Below are positions 19,009 through 29,625 of a DNA stretch of 64,000 nucleotides, in pieces; positions within the stretch are counted from its first letter, which is position 1; each line of letters starts with the position of its first letter. The position numbers and the translations under genes are program-made. The notes beneath the pieces were generated by a model, which ran no database searches, was not told the origin of the DNA, and worked only from the letters and a program-made list of their open reading frames with translations. The DNA lies in assembly GCA_045643205.1 (NCBI GenBank), contig JAZUKI010000010.1, positions 128,001-192,000 of the forward strand, given 5' to 3'. The DNA is from Clostridia bacterium (lineage in GTDB: Bacteria; Bacillota; Clostridia; TANB77; CAG-508).

Positions 19009-20706
19009 ATGAGTGATGATATAGACAATGTATTAGAAGGAATTAATTCTGAAAAGGAAGAAAATCCAAATCAAAAAATTGATGATCTAGTTTCACAAGA
19101 ATTAGGTGTTGATGAAGATAATCAATATGATTTATCTGAATTTGAAGAAGTTGATACTTCTATGCTTAAAGATACAATTGAATATCCTGAACAATTAGCA
19201 GATACAACTCTTGAAAGAAAATATTTAGGATTAATTTTAAACGAAATTAAAGCAATTAGTGTTTATAATTTCGATTTTGAACATTGCCGTTTTGCTGATG
19301 AAAATTTGTTAGATGTTTATAAGAAAATTATATTTACAGATGGTGAAAGATATACACCAGTTAGAATTAAGGAAAAATTTAATTTTTCAAGAGAAACAAG
19401 AGAACTATATTTATTAAAAAATGGCTTAAAAGAAGAATTTGAAGATTGCACTGATTCAATTGAAGATGTATATAGAGAACTTAGTAAAGTATTTATTTTA
19501 AGAAAGAACTTTTTAGAAATTCCAGTAAAAGCTCTTCAAGCTAAAATTGTTGATATTTTAAATTATGAGTTATATGCAAAAATGACTCCAGAAGATGTTG
19601 AAACTGCTGTAAATCAAGTAACAACAACACAAAAATTCAAGCGAGCAGTTTTAAATAAAGATTTAACAGAATTTTTAAATGAAGGTGATAATACTTTAAC
19701 TAATGGTTTAGTAGTTCCATTCCCAATATTAACAAAAGCATTAAAGGGAATAAGAATAGGTGAAACAAGTGCATATTGTATGCCATCTAACTATGGTAAA
19801 TCAAGATTTATGTTAAACTTAGCAGCATTTATAGCAGTTGTTCATAAGAAAAAAGTTTTGGTTATTTCAAACGAAATGTCGCTTGAAAAAATGAAACTTT
19901 GTTTAATCACAACAATTGTTAATAATCCAATTATGCAAAGACTTCATGGACATAAGTTACATGTTTCTGAAAACCAATTATTAGATTTTAGATTTAGACC
20001 TGATGAAGGTACAAATGAAGAAGTAAATTCAGATGGATTTATGTTTCAAGCAAAAGGAGAAACAAGAGAAGATTATATTAAAAGACTTGAAGCACATTCT
20101 AAAGAATATAAAGATGTTTGCGAAGTTACAGAATGGTTTAATGCAAAGCTTTATAATTCAATTCACTTTATAGATATCACTGATCATACAAATGATGAAC
20201 TAAGAAAAGTTATAATGAATTACTATTTTAAAGAACAAGTTCATTATGTATTCTATGATACAATGAAGACAGATATCGATAACATTGGAAATGGTGAAGA
20301 ACTAAAAAAGACAGCAACAATTTTATCAAACTTAGCACAAAATTATAATATGTATATTTGCTCAACAATGCAAATGCAAGAAACACCTACTGATCCAGTT
20401 AATTTAACAGTTAATGATTTAGCTGTAAGTAGAACTGTAAAAGAAGTTTTGGATAACTTAATGATGTTCAAACAAATTCACAGAGAAGATTTAGATGATT
20501 ATGAATTTTCAAAATCTGATTTATTTGAAAATGTGGAAAGTTTAAAACATTTTAGTGATCCTAATGTTAGATACTATGTTTGTGTTATTGATAAAAATCG
20601 TGCTGGTCCAAAACCAGTATTACTATATAGATTAAACTTAGCTTATAACTATTGGGAAGAACTAGGATACATTCGTCATAAATCAGGAATGTATACTGGA
20701 TTATAA
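19009..20706 (+). CDS. Divergent DnaB-like (SF4) helicase, phage-type
   Basis: H1 MPSNYGKS, H1a VISNEM, H2 FYDTMK, H3 TMQM, arginine finger DKNRAG; acidic N-terminal extension. Confidence 0.8.
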   Translation: MSDDIDNVLEGINSEKEENPNQKIDDLVSQELGVDEDNQYDLSEFEEVDTSMLKDTIEYPEQLADTTLERKYLGLILNEIKAISVYNFDFEHCRFADENLLDVYKKIIFTDGERYTPVRIKEKFNFSRETRELYLLKNGLKEEFEDCTDSIEDVYRELSKVFILRKNFLEIPVKALQAKIVDILNYELYAKMTPEDVETAVNQVTTTQKFKRAVLNKDLTEFLNEGDNTLTNGLVVPFPILTKALKGIRIGETSAYCMPSNYGKSRFMLNLAAFIAVVHKKKVLVISNEMSLEKMKLCLITTIVNNPIMQRLHGHKLHVSENQLLDFRFRPDEGTNEEVNSDGFMFQAKGETREDYIKRLEAHSKEYKDVCEVTEWFNAKLYNSIHFIDITDHTNDELRKVIMNYYFKEQVHYVFYDTMKTDIDNIGNGEELKKTATILSNLAQNYNMYICSTMQMQETPTDPVNLTVNDLAVSRTVKEVLDNLMMFKQIHREDLDDYEFSKSDLFENVESLKHFSDPNVRYYVCVIDKNRAGPKPVLLYRLNLAYNYWEELGYIRHKSGMYTGL

Positions 20707-20750
20707 TTAATTTAATTTTAAATTTTTGAATTATTGAAAGGAGACAGTTT

Positions 20751-21635
20751 ATGAAAATTACTCAAGCAGCAGCTTTAGAGAGAATAGCTAGTAGAATAAG
20801 AATGGATATAGTTCAAGAAGTATATTATGGAAAGAGCGGTCATTTAGGTGGCGCTCTTTCTTGCGCTGATATACTTTCTGTTTTATATTTCAATGAAATG
20901 AATATTAATCCAAATGAACCATATGCATTAAATAGAGACAGATTTGTTTTGTCAAAAGGACATGCTTCTGCAGCAATATATGCAACACTTGCAGAGAAAG
21001 GTTTTATAACAAAGGATGAATTATTAACTTTTAGAAATATTGATAGCAAACTTCAAGGACATCCAGATATGAATAAAGTTCCAGGAATTGATATGACTAC
21101 AGGATCATTAGGACAAGGATTATCAGTTGCTAATGGAATGGCTATTGCTTCAAAAATTGATCAATTAGGAAATAGAGTTTATTGTTTATTAGGTGATGGA
21201 GAACTTGAAGAAGGACAAGTTTGGGAAGCAGCAATGACATCAAGTAAATATGAACTTGATAATTTATGTGTAATTGTTGATTGTAATAAATTACAATTAA
21301 CATCATCAACTAACGAAGTTAAAGGATTAAATGCAGAAGATATTGAACAAAAGTTTATTACATTTGGATTTAATACAATGATTATTGATGGTCATAATGT
21401 TGAAAGTATAATGAAAGCATTTTCTATAGCAGAAGAAACAAAAGGAAAGCCAACTTGCATTATAGCTAAAACTATTAAAGGAAAAGGTGTTTCTTTTATG
21501 GAAAATAATGTTGAATGGCATGGAAAACCTGTTAATGATGAAGAATATGGTAAAGCAATTTCAGAATTAGCACCAGATTCAGATGCAGAAATTGAATTTC
21601 AAAATAAAATAAAAGAAAATCTTAATAATAAATAG
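20751..21635 (+). CDS. tkt: Transketolase, N-terminal subunit
   Basis: SGHLGGALS, DRFVLSKGH, LQGHP, GDGELEEG. Confidence 0.95.
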   Translation: MKITQAAALERIASRIRMDIVQEVYYGKSGHLGGALSCADILSVLYFNEMNINPNEPYALNRDRFVLSKGHASAAIYATLAEKGFITKDELLTFRNIDSKLQGHPDMNKVPGIDMTTGSLGQGLSVANGMAIASKIDQLGNRVYCLLGDGELEEGQVWEAAMTSSKYELDNLCVIVDCNKLQLTSSTNEVKGLNAEDIEQKFITFGFNTMIIDGHNVESIMKAFSIAEETKGKPTCIIAKTIKGKGVSFMENNVEWHGKPVNDEEYGKAISELAPDSDAEIEFQNKIKENLNNK

Positions 21636-21651
21636 TTAGGAGGCTAATTAA

Positions 21652-22587
21652 ATGAGCGATGAAAAATTAATAGCTACAAGAGAAAGTTTTGGTAAAGCTC
21701 TTGCAGAATTAAAAGATGAAAATATTGTTGTTTTAGATGCAGACCTTTCTACATCAACTAAAACAAATTTATTTGGAGAAAAATATCCTAATAGATTTAT
21801 TGAAAATGGAATAGCAGAAGCTGATATGATTGGTACAGCAGCAGGTCTTTCAACTTGCGGAAAGATTCCTTTTGCAGCTACATTTGCAGCATTTGCAACA
21901 GGAAGAGTATATGATCAAATTAGAAGTAGCGTTGCTTATCCTAATTTAAATGTAAAAATTGTAGGAACACATAGTGGAATTACAGTCGGAGAAGATGGTG
22001 CTACTCATCAAATGTTAGAAGATATTAATTTGATGAGAGGTTTGCCTAATATGACAGTTGTTTCTCCATGTGATGATGTTTCAACTAAAAAATTAGTAAA
22101 AGAAATAGCAAAATTAGATGGACCAGTATATTTAAGATTAAGCAGAATGAAAACTCCACAAATATATACAGATGATACTGAATTCAAGGTTGGAAAAGGT
22201 ATTGAAATTGGCGAAGGCATTGATGGAACAATTTTTGCAACAGGAGATATTTTGTCAGAAGTTTTAAGAGCACAAGAACTATTAAAAAAAGATGAAATTG
22301 ATATAAGAGTTGTTGATATGTATACAATAAAACCAATTGACAGAGAATTAATTGTTAAATGTGCAAAAGAAACAGGTATATTATTCTCAGTTGAAGATCA
22401 TAGTACAATAGGCGGGCTTGGAAGCGCTGTTGCTGAGGTTTTATGTGATGAATGCCCTAAAAAGTTGCATAGAATTGGAATTAATGATATATTTGGCAAA
22501 TCTGGAACAGAAAAAGATTTATTAAAATATTTTAAATTAGATGCAGAATCAATTTATAAATTTATAAAATCAAAATTTATTGCATAA
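21652..22587 (+). CDS. tkt: Transketolase, C-terminal subunit
   Basis: GIAEADM, GEDGATHQ, GPVYLRL, EDHSTIGGLG. Confidence 0.95.
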   Translation: MSDEKLIATRESFGKALAELKDENIVVLDADLSTSTKTNLFGEKYPNRFIENGIAEADMIGTAAGLSTCGKIPFAATFAAFATGRVYDQIRSSVAYPNLNVKIVGTHSGITVGEDGATHQMLEDINLMRGLPNMTVVSPCDDVSTKKLVKEIAKLDGPVYLRLSRMKTPQIYTDDTEFKVGKGIEIGEGIDGTIFATGDILSEVLRAQELLKKDEIDIRVVDMYTIKPIDRELIVKCAKETGILFSVEDHSTIGGLGSAVAEVLCDECPKKLHRIGINDIFGKSGTEKDLLKYFKLDAESIYKFIKSKFIA

Positions 22588-22626
22588 ATTTAATTAATAT
22601 TAGATGTTTTAATAGGAGGTATATTT

Positions 22627-23637
22627 ATGAAAATATTATTAACTGGAGGAACAGGATACATTGGATCACATACAGCCGTTGAATTATTAAATGAAGGGTT
22701 TGATGTAGTAATTGTAGATAATTTATCTAATAGCAAAATTGAGGTAATAGATCACATAAAAACTATTACAGGAAAAGAAGCACAATTTTATCAAGGAGAT
22801 GTTTGCAATAAAGAATTTTTAAGTAAAGTATTTGATGAAAACCAAATTGATGCAGTAATTCACTTTGCTGGATTAAAAGCAGTTGGAGAATCTGTTTCAA
22901 AACCAATAGAATATTATAGAAACAATATAGATTCAACATTAACTCTTATTGAAGTTATGAATGAGCATAAATGCAAAAATATTATTTTCTCAAGTAGTGC
23001 TACAGTTTATGGATTACAAGAAACACCTAAATGTATTGAAACAATGAAAAAACAAACACCATCTAATCCATATGGTAAAACAAAGGCTATGATTGAAGAA
23101 ATATTAAAAGATTTATATGTTGCTGATAATGAATGGTCAGTATTTTTACTACGTTATTTCAATCCAGTAGGAGCACATGAAAGTGGATTAATTGGAGATA
23201 ATCCAAATGGTATTCCAAACAATTTAATGCCATATGTTTTAAGAGTTGCAGCAGGAAAATTACCAAAATTAACAATATTTGGTAAAGATTACGATACACC
23301 TGATGGAACATGCATTAGAGATTTTATCCATGTTGTTGATCTTGCAAAAGCACATACAGCAGCACTTAAGAAGATGCTTAATGTAGACAATGGAACATAT
23401 ATTTATAATTTAGGTTCAAATAAAGGACTAAGTGTTCAAGAGCTAATTGATACATTTGAAAGAGTTAATAATCTTAAATTAAATTATGAATATGGTGAAA
23501 GAAGAGAAGGAGATTTAGCTGAATTATATGCCGATGCAACAAAAGCTCTTGAAGAATTAAACTGGAAAACAGAAAAAACAATTGAAGACATGTGTAGAGA
23601 TTCATGGAACTTTGCTAAAAACGAGTTTAATCTTTAG
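22627..23637 (+). CDS. galE: UDP-glucose 4-epimerase
   Basis: GGTGYIGSH, HFAGLKAVGES, SSSATVYG, YGKTK, LRYFNPVGAH. Confidence 0.97.
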   Translation: MKILLTGGTGYIGSHTAVELLNEGFDVVIVDNLSNSKIEVIDHIKTITGKEAQFYQGDVCNKEFLSKVFDENQIDAVIHFAGLKAVGESVSKPIEYYRNNIDSTLTLIEVMNEHKCKNIIFSSSATVYGLQETPKCIETMKKQTPSNPYGKTKAMIEEILKDLYVADNEWSVFLLRYFNPVGAHESGLIGDNPNGIPNNLMPYVLRVAAGKLPKLTIFGKDYDTPDGTCIRDFIHVVDLAKAHTAALKKMLNVDNGTYIYNLGSNKGLSVQELIDTFERVNNLKLNYEYGERREGDLAELYADATKALEELNWKTEKTIEDMCRDSWNFAKNEFNL

Positions 23638-23736
23638 AAAATAATTATAATAAAAGGCTGGTAAGTTATGATGGATACCCTTAATGGTACATTTCATTAA
23701 TTACCAGTTTTTTTATATAAAACATTAAATTTGTGT

Positions 23737-23765
23737 TTGACAATAATCGTTGTAAGTGGTACAAT
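23737..23765 (+). promoter_or_regulatory. SigA promoter of yebC
   Basis: TTGACA-17-TACAAT. Confidence 0.8.
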
Positions 23766-23805
23766 TTAAGGGCTTTATGAATAAAAAAATAAGGAGGAAT
23801 AAATT

Positions 23806-24534
23806 ATGTCAGGTCATTCAAAATGGCACAACATTCAAGCCAAAAAAGGAAAAGCTGATGCAGCAAGAGGAAAGATATTCACAAAATTAGGAAGAGAAAT
23901 TTTAATAGCAGTTAAAGCAGGTGGACCTGATCCCGTTTCTAACTCTAAATTAAAAGATGTTATAGCTAAATGTAAGGCAAATAATATGCCTAATGATACA
24001 ATTAACAATTCAATTAAGAAAGCTTCTGGAGAAGGCAGTGATAAAGTTTACGAAGAAATGGTATATGAAGGATATGGACCAAACGGAGTTGCTGTTTACA
24101 TTGAAGCTAGTACAGATAATAAAAACAGAACTGCAGCTGATGTAAGACATGTTTTCGACAAGAGTGGTGGAAACTTAGGTACATCAGGATGTGTTTCATA
24201 TATGTTCGATAAAAAAGGTGTTATCGTAATTGATAGATCAACAACTACATTAACAGAAGATGATATCATGATGCTTGCATTAGATGCTGGAGCAGATGAT
24301 GTTAAAGCTGAAGATGAAGTATATGAAATTACTACAGCACCAAGCGAATTTTCTAAGGTAAGAGAAACATTAGAAAGCAATGGATTAGAATTCTTAGAAG
24401 CAGATGTCCAAATGATTCCACAAAATACTGTAGAACTTGATGAAGCAGCTGCTGAAAAAATGCAAAGATTAATTGATAACTTAGAAGATAATGATGATGT
24501 TATGAATGTTTATTCAAACTGGGCTGATCAATAA
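23806..24534 (+). CDS. yebC: YebC/PmpR family protein
   Basis: [25 protein letters not shown]. Confidence 0.97.
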   Translation: MSGHSKWHNIQAKKGKADAARGKIFTKLGREILIAVKAGGPDPVSNSKLKDVIAKCKANNMPNDTINNSIKKASGEGSDKVYEEMVYEGYGPNGVAVYIEASTDNKNRTAADVRHVFDKSGGNLGTSGCVSYMFDKKGVIVIDRSTTTLTEDDIMMLALDAGADDVKAEDEVYEITTAPSEFSKVRETLESNGLEFLEADVQMIPQNTVELDEAAAEKMQRLIDNLEDNDDVMNVYSNWADQ

Positions 24535-24603
24535 TATTATAAATAAAACATGATATGTAGTTTATAATATCATGTTTTATTTTTGAAAAGGAGAACAAAA
24601 TAT

Positions 24604-25692
24604 ATGAAAATTGGCATTGTAGGATTACCAAATGTTGGAAAAAGTACTTTGTTTAATAGTATTACTCAAGCTGGAGCAGAATGTGCAAATTATCCATTCT
24701 GTACTATTGAACCAAACGTAGGTGTAGTGCCTGTTCCAGATGAAAGATTAGATGTATTAGGCAAAATGTACGATACTGAAAAAATAGTTCATGCTATAAT
24801 CGAATTTGTTGATATTGCAGGACTTGTTAAAGGTGCCAGCAAAGGAGAAGGATTAGGAAATAAGTTTTTATCTCATATTAGAGAAACAGATGCAATACTT
24901 GAAGTAGTTAGATGTTTCGAAGATCAAAACATTGTACATGTTGATGGAAATGTTGATCCAATTAGAGATATTGAAACTATTAATATTGAACTTGAACTTG
25001 CAGATTTAGATACAGTTAATAAAAGAATTGATAGAGCTTCTAAATTAGCTAAAGGAGATAAAAAATATTTAGCTGAAGAAGATGCATTCAAAAAAGTTAG
25101 AAAAGTTTTAGAAGAAGGAAAATTAGCTCACGAAGCAGAGTTAACAGATGAAGAACAAGAATTAATCAAAGATGCTTTCTTACTAACAATGAAACCTGTT
25201 TTATATGTAGCAAATATTTCTGAAGCAGATATGGGAAAACAAGACAACGAATATGTTACAAGAGTTAAAGAATATGCTAAAGAACATAATAGTGGATGCA
25301 TATCTTTATGCGCAAAGATTGAAGAAGAATTATCAGTACTTGAAGGTGATGACAAAAAAGAAATGCTTGATACATTTGGATTAGAATCATCAGGACTTGA
25401 TAGAGTTATTACTGCAAGTTATGATTTATTAGGGTTAATGTCTTTCTTAACTGCAGGTAAAAAAGAAACTCGTGCATGGACTATAAAGAAGGGAACAAAA
25501 GCTCCACAAGCTGCTGGAAAAATCCATACTGATTTTGAAAGAGGATTTATTAAAGCAGAGATAGTTTCATATAAAGATTTAGTAGATTGCCAAACTTATT
25601 TAGCAGCAAAAGAAAAAGGACTAGTTAGACAAGAAGGCAAAGAATATGTAATGCAAGACGGAGATATTGTAGAGTTCAAGTTTAATGTATAG
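24604..25692 (+). CDS. ychF: Ribosome-binding ATPase YchF
   Basis: GIVGLPNVGKST, NYPFCTIEPN, DIAGLVKGAS, IHTDFERGFI. Confidence 0.98.
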   Translation: MKIGIVGLPNVGKSTLFNSITQAGAECANYPFCTIEPNVGVVPVPDERLDVLGKMYDTEKIVHAIIEFVDIAGLVKGASKGEGLGNKFLSHIRETDAILEVVRCFEDQNIVHVDGNVDPIRDIETINIELELADLDTVNKRIDRASKLAKGDKKYLAEEDAFKKVRKVLEEGKLAHEAELTDEEQELIKDAFLLTMKPVLYVANISEADMGKQDNEYVTRVKEYAKEHNSGCISLCAKIEEELSVLEGDDKKEMLDTFGLESSGLDRVITASYDLLGLMSFLTAGKKETRAWTIKKGTKAPQAAGKIHTDFERGFIKAEIVSYKDLVDCQTYLAAKEKGLVRQEGKEYVMQDGDIVEFKFNV

Positions 25693-25730
25693 TTTAGAAA
25701 ACTAGCAGTGGCAAACGCAAGCAAAACCAA

Positions 25731-25816
25731 TGTTACAAAGTTGTAATATTGGTTACAAAAGTGTAAACCATTTTAATAGAAAAAGAGTTGACTATAAAAA
25801 ACTATAAGTGTAGAAT
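25731..25816 (+). promoter_or_regulatory. Double WalR/OmpR-type direct-repeat box plus SigA promoter
   Basis: TGTTAC-N5-TGTAAT (25731), GGTTAC-N5-TGTAAA (25751), TTGACT (25788)-17-TAGAAT. Confidence 0.65.
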
Positions 25817-25884
25817 TTTTTTAGTGAAGAAATAATAAAGTTTTCTAAACAAAAGAACATTTGAGAGAAAAAAAGGAGAAAATT

Positions 25885-26259
25885 ATGAAGAAATTAGGAA
25901 GTTTAGTTGTTTTATCATTAGCAGCAGTTGTTGCAGTACTATTTATTAGTGCAAATAGTGTAAAAGCTTCATCACCATATGTTGGAGGACTTAATTTAAA
26001 TCCAACAAATAATACAGTAGGAAACACAACAGGTACACCAGCAACACCAGCTAATGAAACAAATAACACTACAAATACTACTCCAACTGTTGATCCAAAC
26101 GCAATTAACACAACAAAAGATAATAACATCAACGATAATTTAACAAAAAATGAGATCAGCAAAACTGGTGAATTTGATACTTATATAATTTCTGGTGTAG
26201 CTATCGCAGTTATCGCTGTTGGTTCAGTTGCATTTATTAAATCTAGAAAACTAGACTAA
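25885..26259 (+). CDS. Small Thr/Asn-rich surface protein with sortase-like signal (ISKTG)
   Basis: Signal peptide ending VKA; T/N-rich body; ISKTG, hydrophobic helix and basic tail KSRK. Confidence 0.75.
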   Translation: MKKLGSLVVLSLAAVVAVLFISANSVKASSPYVGGLNLNPTNNTVGNTTGTPATPANETNNTTNTTPTVDPNAINTTKDNNINDNLTKNEISKTGEFDTYIISGVAIAVIAVGSVAFIKSRKLD

Positions 26260-26321
26260 TTATAGATTTAATATTATATTTAAGTAACTAGTGAAAAAAG
26301 TAATATTTAAAAGAATTCTTA

Positions 26322-26347
26322 AAGAAGAGCGAAAGCTCTTCTTTTTT
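26322..26347 (+). terminator. Intrinsic terminator
   Basis: AAGAAGAGC-GAAA-GCTCTTCTTTTTT. Confidence 0.85.
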
Positions 26348-26446
26348 ATGCAAAAATACAATGAAAAAATCTTTAAAAATATTGATTTTACTATACAAAA
26401 ACTTATTTCATTATGATAGAATACAAAAAAATAATGGAGGTGTATT

Positions 26447-27142
26447 TTGTATAAAAGAATATTATTAAAACTAAGTGGCGAAGCACTTGCCGGTGAATCA
26501 AAAGTAGGATTAGATGAGAAAGTATTAAATGATACTTGTTTAGAAATAAAAAAGATTCATGATATGGGAGTTGAGATTGCAATTGTAGTTGGTGGAGGAA
26601 ATTTCTGGAGAGGAAAATATGGAACATACATGGAAAGAACTTCTGCTGATTATATGGGAATGTTAGCAACAGCAATTAATGCAGTTGCACTACAAGAAGC
26701 TCTTGAAAAAACAGGACTTGAAGTTAGAGTTCAAACTGCAATTGAAATGAAAGAAATTGCAGAACCATTTATACAAAGAAAAGCAATGGACCATTTAAAG
26801 AAAAATAAAATTGTCATTTTTGCATGCGGAACAGGAAATCCTTTCTTTTCAACAGATACATGCGCTGCATTAAGAGCATCACAAATTAAAGCAAATGCAA
26901 TTTTAGTAGCAAAAACAATAGATGGAATTTATTCAGCTGATCCAAATGTAGATCCTAACGCTAAAAAATATGATCACATTTCATTTAAAGAATATATTGA
27001 TCAAGATTTAAAAGTTATGGATATAACAGCTATAACATTATGTAGAGACAATAACATTCCAGTTGTTGTTTTTGGAATGAACAAACCAGAAAATTTTGCA
27101 AAAGCAATAAATGAAGAAAATGTAGGAACTACAGTTTCTTAA
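26447..27142 (+). CDS. pyrH: UMP kinase
   Basis: [29 protein letters not shown]; TTG start behind GGAGGTG. Confidence 0.97.
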   Translation: MYKRILLKLSGEALAGESKVGLDEKVLNDTCLEIKKIHDMGVEIAIVVGGGNFWRGKYGTYMERTSADYMGMLATAINAVALQEALEKTGLEVRVQTAIEMKEIAEPFIQRKAMDHLKKNKIVIFACGTGNPFFSTDTCAALRASQIKANAILVAKTIDGIYSADPNVDPNAKKYDHISFKEYIDQDLKVMDITAITLCRDNNIPVVVFGMNKPENFAKAINEENVGTTVS

Positions 27143-27205
27143 TTAAAAGTACGAAAGAAAATGTTTAATAATAAATTATTTTAAAAGCGTTTAAAGGAGG
27201 ATTTT

Positions 27206-27754
27206 ATGAGCGCAGAAAATATTGAAAATGAAATGCAAGAAGTTATTGATAGACTTGAAGTTAATTATTCAGAAGTTAGAGCTGGTAGAGCTAATCCAGC
27301 AATATTAAATAAGGTTACAGTTGATTACTATGGAACACCAACACCAGTTAATCAAATCGCTAGTGTTGCAGTACCTGAAGCAAGACAAATTGTTGTTTCA
27401 CCTTGGGATAAAAGTATTTTAAATAAAGTATACCAAGCAATTGAAGCAGCTAATATTGGAATTAATCCAATGAATGATGGAAATGTTATTCGTTTAATTT
27501 TCCCAGAATTAACTGAAGAAAGAAGAAATGAATTATCTAAAGATATCAAGAAGATGGCTGAAGAAGCTAAGATTGCTATTAGAGCAATAAGAGGCGATGA
27601 AATGAAAGAAGCTAAAAATAAATTAAAAGATAAAGAAATATCTGAAGATGAAGAAAAATTATTAGAAGATAATATTCAAAAAGCTACTGATAAATTCATT
27701 GAGACAATTGATCAAATTACAGATAAAAAAGTAAAAGAAATTATGACAGTTTAA
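27206..27754 (+). CDS. frr: Ribosome recycling factor
   Basis: VRAGRANP, DYYGTPTP, PELTEERR. Confidence 0.97.
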   Translation: MSAENIENEMQEVIDRLEVNYSEVRAGRANPAILNKVTVDYYGTPTPVNQIASVAVPEARQIVVSPWDKSILNKVYQAIEAANIGINPMNDGNVIRLIFPELTEERRNELSKDIKKMAEEAKIAIRAIRGDEMKEAKNKLKDKEISEDEEKLLEDNIQKATDKFIETIDQITDKKVKEIMTV

Positions 27755-27757
27755 TTG

Positions 27758-27874
27758 TTAATGATTCGAAAGATTATTATTATTAATGATTCGAAAGATT
27801 GTTATTATTAATGATTCGAAAAATTGTTATTATTAATAATTTGATAAGATTATTATTGTTAATAATTTGAAAGG
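27758..27874 (+). repeat. 25-bp tandem repeat (about 4.6 copies) filling the frr-uppS spacer
   Basis: TTAATGATTCGAAAGATT(A/G)TTATTA-type unit x3 plus two decayed copies; the last ends in the GAAAGG RBS. Confidence 0.9.
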
Positions 27875-27880
27875 ACTGCT

Positions 27881-28588
27881 ATGGAAGAAAATAAAATACC
27901 TGAACATATTGCGATAATAATGGATGGAAATAGAAGATGGGCAAAAGCACAAGGATTAACCACTCCACAAGGACATAAAAAAGGTGCAGAAACATTAGAG
28001 ACCATTACAAAATATTGCAATAAAATAGGAGTTAAATATTTAACAGTATATGCATTTTCAACAGAAAATTGGCAACGTACTAGAGAAGAAGTTGGAGCAC
28101 TAATGTTTTTATTTGACAAGTTTGTTGAGAAATATTTAGTTGCTGCAACTGAAAATATGAAACTACGTATAATAGGAGATTTAGAAGATGAAACAGTTCC
28201 TAAATCTTTAGCTAAGAAAATGCGTAAACTTATGGAACAAACAAAAGATAACACAGGTCTTGAACTCAATGTTGCTTTTAATTACGGTGGAAAGAAAGAA
28301 ATATTAAAAGCTACAAAAGAGATTATTGAAGAAGTTAAAACTGGAAATATAGATATAAATGATGTTAATGAAGAATTATTTGCAAATCATTTGTATACAA
28401 AAGGTGAACCAGATCCAGATCTTGTTATTAGAACAAGTGGAGAAATGCGTACAAGTAATTTCTTACCTTGGCAAATAACTTATTCTGAATTTATATTTTT
28501 AGATAAATATTGGCCAGATTTTTCATGTGAAGATGTGGATAACTGCATTGCTGAATACAATAATAGAAATAGAAGAAAAGGAAAGTAA
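27881..28588 (+). CDS. uppS: Undecaprenyl diphosphate synthase
   Basis: HIAIIMDGNRRWA, YAFSTENW, IRTSGEMRTSNFLPWQ. Confidence 0.97.
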   Translation: MEENKIPEHIAIIMDGNRRWAKAQGLTTPQGHKKGAETLETITKYCNKIGVKYLTVYAFSTENWQRTREEVGALMFLFDKFVEKYLVAATENMKLRIIGDLEDETVPKSLAKKMRKLMEQTKDNTGLELNVAFNYGGKKEILKATKEIIEEVKTGNIDINDVNEELFANHLYTKGEPDPDLVIRTSGEMRTSNFLPWQITYSEFIFLDKYWPDFSCEDVDNCIAEYNNRNRRKGK

Positions 28589-28590
28589 AA

Positions 28591-29463
28591 ATGGAAAAAG
28601 AAAAACATCAAGAAGTTAAAACAAAAAAAGCTAAAGATCCAAACTTTTGGAAAAGAACAATTTCTAGTGCAATAATACTACCAACAATGTGTTGTTTGTT
28701 AATTTTTTCAAACGATATAGTTATGGATATATTTTTAGCGGTATTATCTGCTTTTTGTTTCTTTGAATATTCAAATTGTTTTAAAAGAACAAAAAAAGCA
28801 AATCCTAGTTCATGGTTAGGATATATAGCATGTTTAGGAGTAGCGTTTGTAAATTTAATAGATATTGAAATTTATAAGAATATATTACTTGCAGTTATTC
28901 CAATTTCATTATTTATTTTAATGGTTGAAATGTTATTTAATGATGAAAAGAAAAATGTAATGGATATTTTTGTTACATTTATAGGCATACTTTATATTCC
29001 AATATTGATTTCATTCTTTAGTATTATTAGACATAGAATGGGAGATAGTTTAGGATACTTTTTAGTTTGGTATATATTTATTGCTTCATGGGGTAGTGAT
29101 GTATTTGCATTTATAGTTGGATGCAGAATTGGAAAACATAAATTTACAAAAATTTCTCCAAAGAAATCTGTTGAGGGATGTATAGCAGGAATTGTTGGAG
29201 GAGCAGCATTAGGTGTTATCTATACAATAATTATAAATAACGCATTTAACCAATCAATTAATATTGGATTAGTTATAGTAGTTGTTTCTTTATTAGCAAT
29301 TATAGGACAAGTTGGAGATGTATTTGCATCAGCAATAAAGAGATATTGCGGAATCAAAGATTTTAGTGATTTAATTCCAGGTCACGGTGGAATGCTAGAT
29401 AGAGTTGATAGCGTAATCTTTGTAATTCCATTTGCATATATTTTATTAAGCTTATTAATTTAA
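28591..29463 (+). CDS. cdsA: Phosphatidate cytidylyltransferase
   Basis: ISPKKSVEG, KRYCGIKDFSDLIPGHGGMLDRVDS. Confidence 0.96.
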   Translation: MEKEKHQEVKTKKAKDPNFWKRTISSAIILPTMCCLLIFSNDIVMDIFLAVLSAFCFFEYSNCFKRTKKANPSSWLGYIACLGVAFVNLIDIEIYKNILLAVIPISLFILMVEMLFNDEKKNVMDIFVTFIGILYIPILISFFSIIRHRMGDSLGYFLVWYIFIASWGSDVFAFIVGCRIGKHKFTKISPKKSVEGCIAGIVGGAALGVIYTIIINNAFNQSINIGLVIVVVSLLAIIGQVGDVFASAIKRYCGIKDFSDLIPGHGGMLDRVDSVIFVIPFAYILLSLLI

Positions 29464-29625
29464 AAATTAATTAAAAAAACAATTTTAACTAATTTTAAAT
29501 TAACAAAAAATAATTTAGAGTTTTTTAAATAATAAAAAATAATTTTAACTAATAAAAAACATAATTATTAATAATTAAATATATTTTTATAAATACAAAA
29601 GATTAAATTTTAAAATACAATATAT

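Noticed and set aside
15407-20706. Prophage or island integrated at ssrA spanning thyX and the helicase
   Set aside because: No integrase, att duplication or structural genes; glyA and host-like codon style intervene
20751-22587. Split transketolase as a pseudogene
   Set aside because: Two-subunit transketolases are normal in Clostridia; each half has its own RBS
27758-27874. Possible CRISPR array
   Set aside because: Units are head-to-tail with no unique spacers and no cas genes nearby; it is a tandem repeat
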